A stretch of DNA of 64,000 bases from Bacillota bacterium (GTDB lineage: Bacteria > Bacillota > Limnochordia > DTU080). The DNA is taken from NCBI GenBank assembly GCA_012838035.1, contig DUQB01000028.1:52-64051 (forward strand), written 5' to 3'. This document shows positions 59,700-64,000 of the stretch, piece by piece; positions within the stretch are counted from its first letter, which is position 1, and each line of letters begins with the position of its first letter. The notes beneath the pieces are model-generated. The model was not told the DNA's origin. It saw only the letters and a program-made list of their open reading frames with translations, and ran no database searches. Position numbers and translations under genes: made by a program.

Positions 59700-61817
59700 C
59701 TAAGCCAAGGTGATCTTGACGTCCAAGGCCGACAGACCCTCGGAGTACACAAACAGCGGGTTGATGTCGAACTCGTCGATCTCTGGGAAGTCTTCTACTA
59801 AAGCAGCTACGCGAGCGATGGTATCTTCCACGGCTTTAATATCGGATGCGGCAGCACCGCGGTAACCCTTCAACAGGGTGTATGCCTTGGTTTCACGCAC
59901 CATCTCTTGAATGTCTTCCATAGTAAGGTTGTGAGCTAAACGGAAGGAGACATCCTGTATAAGGTTGACATAGATGCCGCCCATACCGAACATCACCATC
60001 GGCCCGAATGCGGCGTCTCGCACCATACCAATGATGATCTCTTGTCCCGGAGGCATCATGCGCTGGATCTCAACTCCATAGATCCTGGCTCCTTCAACCT
60101 TCTTGCAGCTCTCCATCATGATCTCGAACTCTTGAGCTACCTGTTCCTTATTCTGCAACTTCAGCTTTACTCCACCTACGTCGCTCTTGTGCAGGATATC
60201 CGGAGACGCGATCTTCATGGCGATGGGATAGCCGATCTTTTCAGCTAGTTCCGCGGCTTCTTCCGCGCTGGTTGCCAAGCCTGCCGGTGCGGCGGAAATG
60301 CCGTAGGCCTCAATCACTTGAGCCGCTTCGTAACCCAGCAGCGCGGAGCGACCATCTTCACGCACCTTGGCGAAGATCTCTGCTACAGCTTCTTTATTAG
60401 CCGTATCGCGTGAAATCGGCGTACCGTCGCCCTTGGCCTTAATTTCCGCATACCGGGCCATACCCGATGCAACTAAAGCTACACGCTCCGGCGCATCGTA
60501 CGCGGGAACATTTTCTTCCAGACTCTTTTGCGCAGCATCAGCAACCATAGCGCCGCCCATCCAACAGGTGAGAACCGGCTTGTCAGCAAATTTCTTCACT
60601 GCATCGGCCACAGCGAGCGCAGTGGGCATCGGTTCGGTCATGGACTGAGGAGACACCACGACGATGACGCTATCTACTTGCGGATCGTTGAGCACAGGCT
60701 CCAACGCCACTTGGTAACGGTCGGCGCCGGCATCGCCCACCACATCGATGGGATTGCCTACCGAAGCGACTGAAGGAAGCTTCTCTCTTAGAGTAGCGGT
60801 TGTCTCCGCCGTCAAAGCGGCAATTTCCAAGTTGCCGGCATTCTCAATGTTGTCGGTAACCAAAATACCGGGACCACCTGCGTTGGTTACGATTGCCACC
60901 CGGTTTCCGGAAGGAACGGGCTGAAGCGCAAAGGCCGTGGCCAGGTCAACGAACTCCTGGGCGCCGCCGACACGGATACCACCCGACTGTTTGATGGCCG
61001 TAGCATAAGCTCTGTCGTTACCAGCCAAGGACCCGGTGTGTGAGGAAGCGGCACGCTGACCGGCTTGCCCAACGCCGGACTTCAGTATAAGTACCGGTTT
61101 CTTAGCGGATACTTCACGCAACGTATCCATAAAGCGTCTGCCGTCGGCTACGCTCTCTAAATAGCAAATAATCGTTTTTGTATTGGGGTCTTCTCCCATG
61201 GCTGAAAGATAATCGGATTCAGTTAAGCCTGCTCGGTTACCCATGCTGACAAAACTGCTGAAGCCGACGCCTGATCCGGCCGCCCAGTCCAGTAGGGCGG
61301 CGCCGAGGGCTCCACTCTGGGATATAAAACCGATGCTTCCGGTAGCGGGCTGAGTAGATCCGAATGACGCATTCATCTTGCTATGCGTATCTAATACGCC
61401 TAGACAGTTAGGACCGGTAAGCGTCATGTTATAAGCGGCACAGATCTCAGTTAACTGTTTCTCCAGTTCAACGCCTTCGCCACCCACTTCTTTAAAGCCG
61501 GCCGTAATGACTACAAGATTCTTAACCCCTGCTTCCCCGCACTCCTTTGCCGCGTCAAGCACAAACTTGGTGGGAATACAGATGACGGCCAAGTCTACAG
61601 GGCCTACCTCGCTAATCGTTTTATAGCAACGATAACCGAGGATTTCTTCCTCTTTCAGGTTGATGGGATAGACTTTTCCTTCGTAACCAGCGTTCATAAG
61701 ATTTCTGAGTACTGCGTTGCCTACCTTCTGCGGTTGCGCAGAAGCACCGAGCACCGCAACCGATGCCGGCCTAAAGAGTGAGTTGAGACTTCCCAATGAA
61801 CTATCTCCTCTCCTCAC
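59700..61817 (-). CDS. Acetate/acyl--CoA ligase (ADP-forming), fused alpha/beta subunits
   Basis: CoA-binding N-domain (SVAVLGAS ... VYPINLKEEEILGY), succinyl-CoA-synthetase-like flavodoxin domain and C-terminal ATP-grasp. GTG 61817 per the track; an alternative TTG 61796 has a better RBS. Confidence 0.8.
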   Translation of the reverse strand: MRRGDSSLGSLNSLFRPASVAVLGASAQPQKVGNAVLRNLMNAGYEGKVYPINLKEEEILGYRCYKTISEVGPVDLAVICIPTKFVLDAAKECGEAGVKNLVVITAGFKEVGGEGVELEKQLTEICAAYNMTLTGPNCLGVLDTHSKMNASFGSTQPATGSIGFISQSGALGAALLDWAAGSGVGFSSFVSMGNRAGLTESDYLSAMGEDPNTKTIICYLESVADGRRFMDTLREVSAKKPVLILKSGVGQAGQRAASSHTGSLAGNDRAYATAIKQSGGIRVGGAQEFVDLATAFALQPVPSGNRVAIVTNAGGPGILVTDNIENAGNLEIAALTAETTATLREKLPSVASVGNPIDVVGDAGADRYQVALEPVLNDPQVDSVIVVVSPQSMTEPMPTALAVADAVKKFADKPVLTCWMGGAMVADAAQKSLEENVPAYDAPERVALVASGMARYAEIKAKGDGTPISRDTANKEAVAEIFAKVREDGRSALLGYEAAQVIEAYGISAAPAGLATSAEEAAELAEKIGYPIAMKIASPDILHKSDVGGVKLKLQNKEQVAQEFEIMMESCKKVEGARIYGVEIQRMMPPGQEIIIGMVRDAAFGPMVMFGMGGIYVNLIQDVSFRLAHNLTMEDIQEMVRETKAYTLLKGYRGAAASDIKAVEDTIARVAALVEDFPEIDEFDINPLFVYSEGLSALDVKITLA

Positions 61818-61930
61818 GCAACCGGCAGGGCTGTCCTACAGGTGCGCGAAGTGTTTTAGCGACCAAAAGGCCTCTTATAGGCACCATTGATCATTTTCGC
61901 AGAGCCTGACGGTACTAGTAATTGTCGAAC

Positions 61931-61971
61931 GTCCAGGACGAATTAGTACATGTGTCCTAGAATTAAGGACA
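61931..61971. promoter_or_regulatory. Palindromic candidate operator (GTCCaGGAC and TGTCCT-N7-AGGACA) upstream of the acyl-CoA synthetase gene
   Basis: Three GTCCT/AGGAC half-sites within 41 bp of an intergenic region. Confidence 0.3.
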
Positions 61972-62065
61972 AAGATCCTCATAAAGCGTTGCTATCGAGC
62001 GTCCAGCTTGGCAGACTCCGTGTAGCGCAGTATTTACCTTACACTATCAGCGTAAGAAGACGCCT

Positions 62066-62713
62066 CTACAAAACCAGGTTATCTCGTATGGCTTGGGCAG
62101 CTGCTTCCGCCCGGTTATTCACTTTCAGCTTAGCCAACAAACTGCTGACATAGTTGCGCACCGTCTTCTCACTCAACTTGAGCACAACAGCAATCTCTTT
62201 GTTCGTCTTACCTTCGGCAATCAGCCCCAGAATACGCTGCTCCCTTTCGGATAAAGCGACTTCCTCCGCATCGCTTACGACATTCACCTGATCGCGTAAC
62301 CGTTGCATTACCCGCTCCGACACGTCGGGATCGAGTAGCGAACCGCCGGCGGCCACTGTGCGAATAGCAGAAATAAGGCGTCTGCAATCGATCTCCTTCA
62401 GAACGTACCCATTAGCCCCCGCCAGCAGCGAAGCCATCAATGCCTCATCATCACTGTAGGAGGTAAGCATGATCACACGCACGGAAGGATATTGCGATCT
62501 CACCGCGCGACATACATCAATACCGCTCATGTTAGGTAAGCGCACATCCAGGAGAACCACGTCCGGCAGCTTCTCGGTCACGATGGCCAGCGCCACTTCG
62601 CCGGATTCCGTATGCGCTACGACATCAAAGTCCGGTACTTGCCGCAATATGCTGCATAAGCCCGCCCGGACCACTTCGTGATCATCAACAATGAGTATGC
62701 GTATTCTCTTCAT
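62066..62713 (-). CDS. Two-component response regulator, NarL/FixJ (LuxR-HTH) family
   Basis: REC domain (ILIVDDHEVVRAGL ... VVLLDVRLPNMSG) and C-terminal LuxR HTH (EREQRILGLIAEGKTNKEIA). ATG 62713 has an AAGGGAGAG RBS; the track start at 62806 is an extension. Confidence 0.85.
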   Translation of the reverse strand: MKRIRILIVDDHEVVRAGLCSILRQVPDFDVVAHTESGEVALAIVTEKLPDVVLLDVRLPNMSGIDVCRAVRSQYPSVRVIMLTSYSDDEALMASLLAGANGYVLKEIDCRRLISAIRTVAAGGSLLDPDVSERVMQRLRDQVNVVSDAEEVALSEREQRILGLIAEGKTNKEIAVVLKLSEKTVRNYVSSLLAKLKVNNRAEAAAQAIRDNLVL

Positions 62714-62810
62714 AAGGCATCTCTCCCTTATGACCGCGCAACGCCTGAAACCCGCGGTTATTGACCTGGACTTGCCTGCTTTCCCATAACATACAGGAAC
62801 CAACATGCAG

Positions 62811-63620
62811 TTAACGGAGAGGAACCCGCAAGGTTACGGTAGTACCTTTGCCGACCGTACTATGCACTAGCAACCGGCCGCCGAGCAGAGCCGCCCGTTC
62901 ACGCATGTGCTTCAACCCGTAATGAGTACCTGTTCTCTCTTCTGTCACCTTAAAGCCCTGTCCGTCATCGATTATGCTTAACAGAACACTCTGATCACTG
63001 CTCTGCAAAGCAACTACTATACGCTGCGCTTTGCCGTGCCGTACCGCATTGGTTACGGCCTCACGCATGATCATACCTATCTCTTGTACAGTCCGTGTCC
63101 CAAAATTCGGCTCTTGCCATTGTTTTACCTCATAGGAAATGGGAGTCAACAGTTGGCGTTGCAACTCCTCTACAAGCATTTGGAGATGTTGTTGCACGTT
63201 CATCTCCTCAACGCTCGCCAATTGATCCACATAAAGGCGCATCCTTGCCATAGTCACCCGTAAGTCCTCGAGTATCTCTTCCAGCGTTTTCCGTACTTCC
63301 TCAGGCAATTCGGCGTTGTTTGCCTGGTGCTCCAAACGCAAGCCGATAGCATATAACGACTGCATGGTACTATCGTGCAAATCGCGCCCTATCCGCTTGC
63401 GTTCCGCCAAAAGAAGCCGTTGCGTTTGCGCGTTATCGGCCGGAAATGCCGACGCGGCTAAGTCGTCCTTCGCAGCGGCTTTGCTCCCCGACTCTTTCGC
63501 AGTGCGCCGCGCTGCTTGTTGAACTCCGGTCCTGCGTTGTCTCATCCATCGACTTACCAAGTAGGAGAGCAAAATGATAAGTATAGCGCCAAGCAGCCAC
63601 CTGACTATGCTTGCATTCAA
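62811..63620 (-). CDS. Sensor histidine kinase (HisKA_3 + HATPase_c) partner of the LuxR-type regulator
   Basis: N-terminal TM, H-box LHDSTMQSLYAIGL (HisKA_3), and a C-terminal ATPase with GTTVTLRVP. Confidence 0.8.
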   Translation of the reverse strand: MNASIVRWLLGAILIILLSYLVSRWMRQRRTGVQQAARRTAKESGSKAAAKDDLAASAFPADNAQTQRLLLAERKRIGRDLHDSTMQSLYAIGLRLEHQANNAELPEEVRKTLEEILEDLRVTMARMRLYVDQLASVEEMNVQQHLQMLVEELQRQLLTPISYEVKQWQEPNFGTRTVQEIGMIMREAVTNAVRHGKAQRIVVALQSSDQSVLLSIIDDGQGFKVTEERTGTHYGLKHMRERAALLGGRLLVHSTVGKGTTVTLRVPLR

Positions 63621-63716
63621 ATCGATCGTTGCTCCCTTCTTGATTAGTTGGACATAACGTGTTTATGTCCTATGGCAAAACAGGTTCACAATAGACAAAG
63701 AGGCCGCGAACCTGCT

Positions 63717-64000
63717 CTAGTAATAGATGAACTCGCGCACGTCATAGCGCGACACCCGGGGGCCATCCTCGTCTACCGGTTTGAGCGCCCGACGAATCAT
63801 TTGTTCCTGGTTGCGCGCATCTTCGGGAGACAGCGGCCTGACGTCCTCTTGTTCTGCCCATAAAGCATAATCGCTATGAGGATCGTTCACTAGTTCCGAA
63901 AGGTAGACAATATCTCGTTTATCTAAAGGTAGTTGCGACAACAAACGCGTCGTAGCTGCGGCGTGTTCATGGTAGTAACGCATACCACCAGCCCCCAATA
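63717..64000 (-). CDS. C-terminal fragment of an unidentified protein (gene continues beyond the window)
   Basis: Open frame running off the right edge. No motif recognised. Confidence 0.3.
   Translation of the reverse strand, partial: LGAGGMRYYHEHAAATTRLLSQLPLDKRDIVYLSELVNDPHSDYALWAEQEDVRPLSPEDARNQEQMIRRALKPVDEDGPRVSRYDVREFIYY

Noticed and set aside
1-64000. CRISPR arrays, rRNA genes, obvious tRNA cloverleaves, prophage or defence-island gene sets
   Set aside because: No regularly spaced direct repeats or rRNA-like segments were noticed, and intergenic spaces are short. I cannot exclude a small tRNA without running tRNAscan-SE or Infernal.

Overview
The window is a 64-kb chromosomal segment of a moderately high-GC bacterium. 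Gene content looks Firmicutes-like (SpoIID/LytB-like, SpoVAE-like, YyaL, YtrA-type GntR plus ABC transporter, MurQ/NamZ/AmiE/NagZ cell-wall recycling genes), and almost all of it is coding. From left to right it holds: the truncated 5-prime end of an IS5/IS1182-family transposase gene; an NMT1/THI5-type ABC uptake operon; an archaeal-type ADP-dependent sugar kinase; and nrdR followed by a class II (B12-dependent) ribonucleotide reductase gene nrdJ that carries a 373-codon intein at the catalytic cysteine, behind a consensus promoter with tandem NrdR boxes. It continues with a 2-hydroxyacid dehydrogenase; a P-type ATPase homologue with every catalytic motif degenerate and an in-frame TAG splitting it in two; nadB-nadC; murE; a class IV aminotransferase; a rhomboid protease; a stand-alone sufB; an NT5C-like deoxyribonucleotidase; sufT; and a lipoprotein. 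Next come two tandem paralogous secreted beta-helix proteins of about 640 aa, a GTP-type PEPCK, an aminotransferase, a YtrA-like GntR/ABC-2 module with a palindromic operator, an atypical ribokinase-superfamily kinase plus HAD phosphatase operon, and a MurNAc/peptidoglycan-recycling cluster (murQ, BadF-type kinase, namZ, amiE-like, nagZ, RpiR/MurR). The remainder holds a membrane-fused spermidine-synthase-like protein, a TPR-SpoIID/LytB protein, an M29 aminopeptidase, an Orn/Lys/Arg decarboxylase, YyaL, a multi-GAF hybrid histidine kinase, an ADP-forming acyl-CoA synthetase and a LuxR-type two-component pair. I saw no rRNA gene or CRISPR array; tRNA genes were not systematically searched by eye. 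The main items worth a second look are the intein-containing nrdJ, the amber-interrupted pseudo-ATPase, the bacterial ADP-dependent kinase, the duplicated beta-helix genes, and a 770-bp ORF-free region bracketed by terminators.
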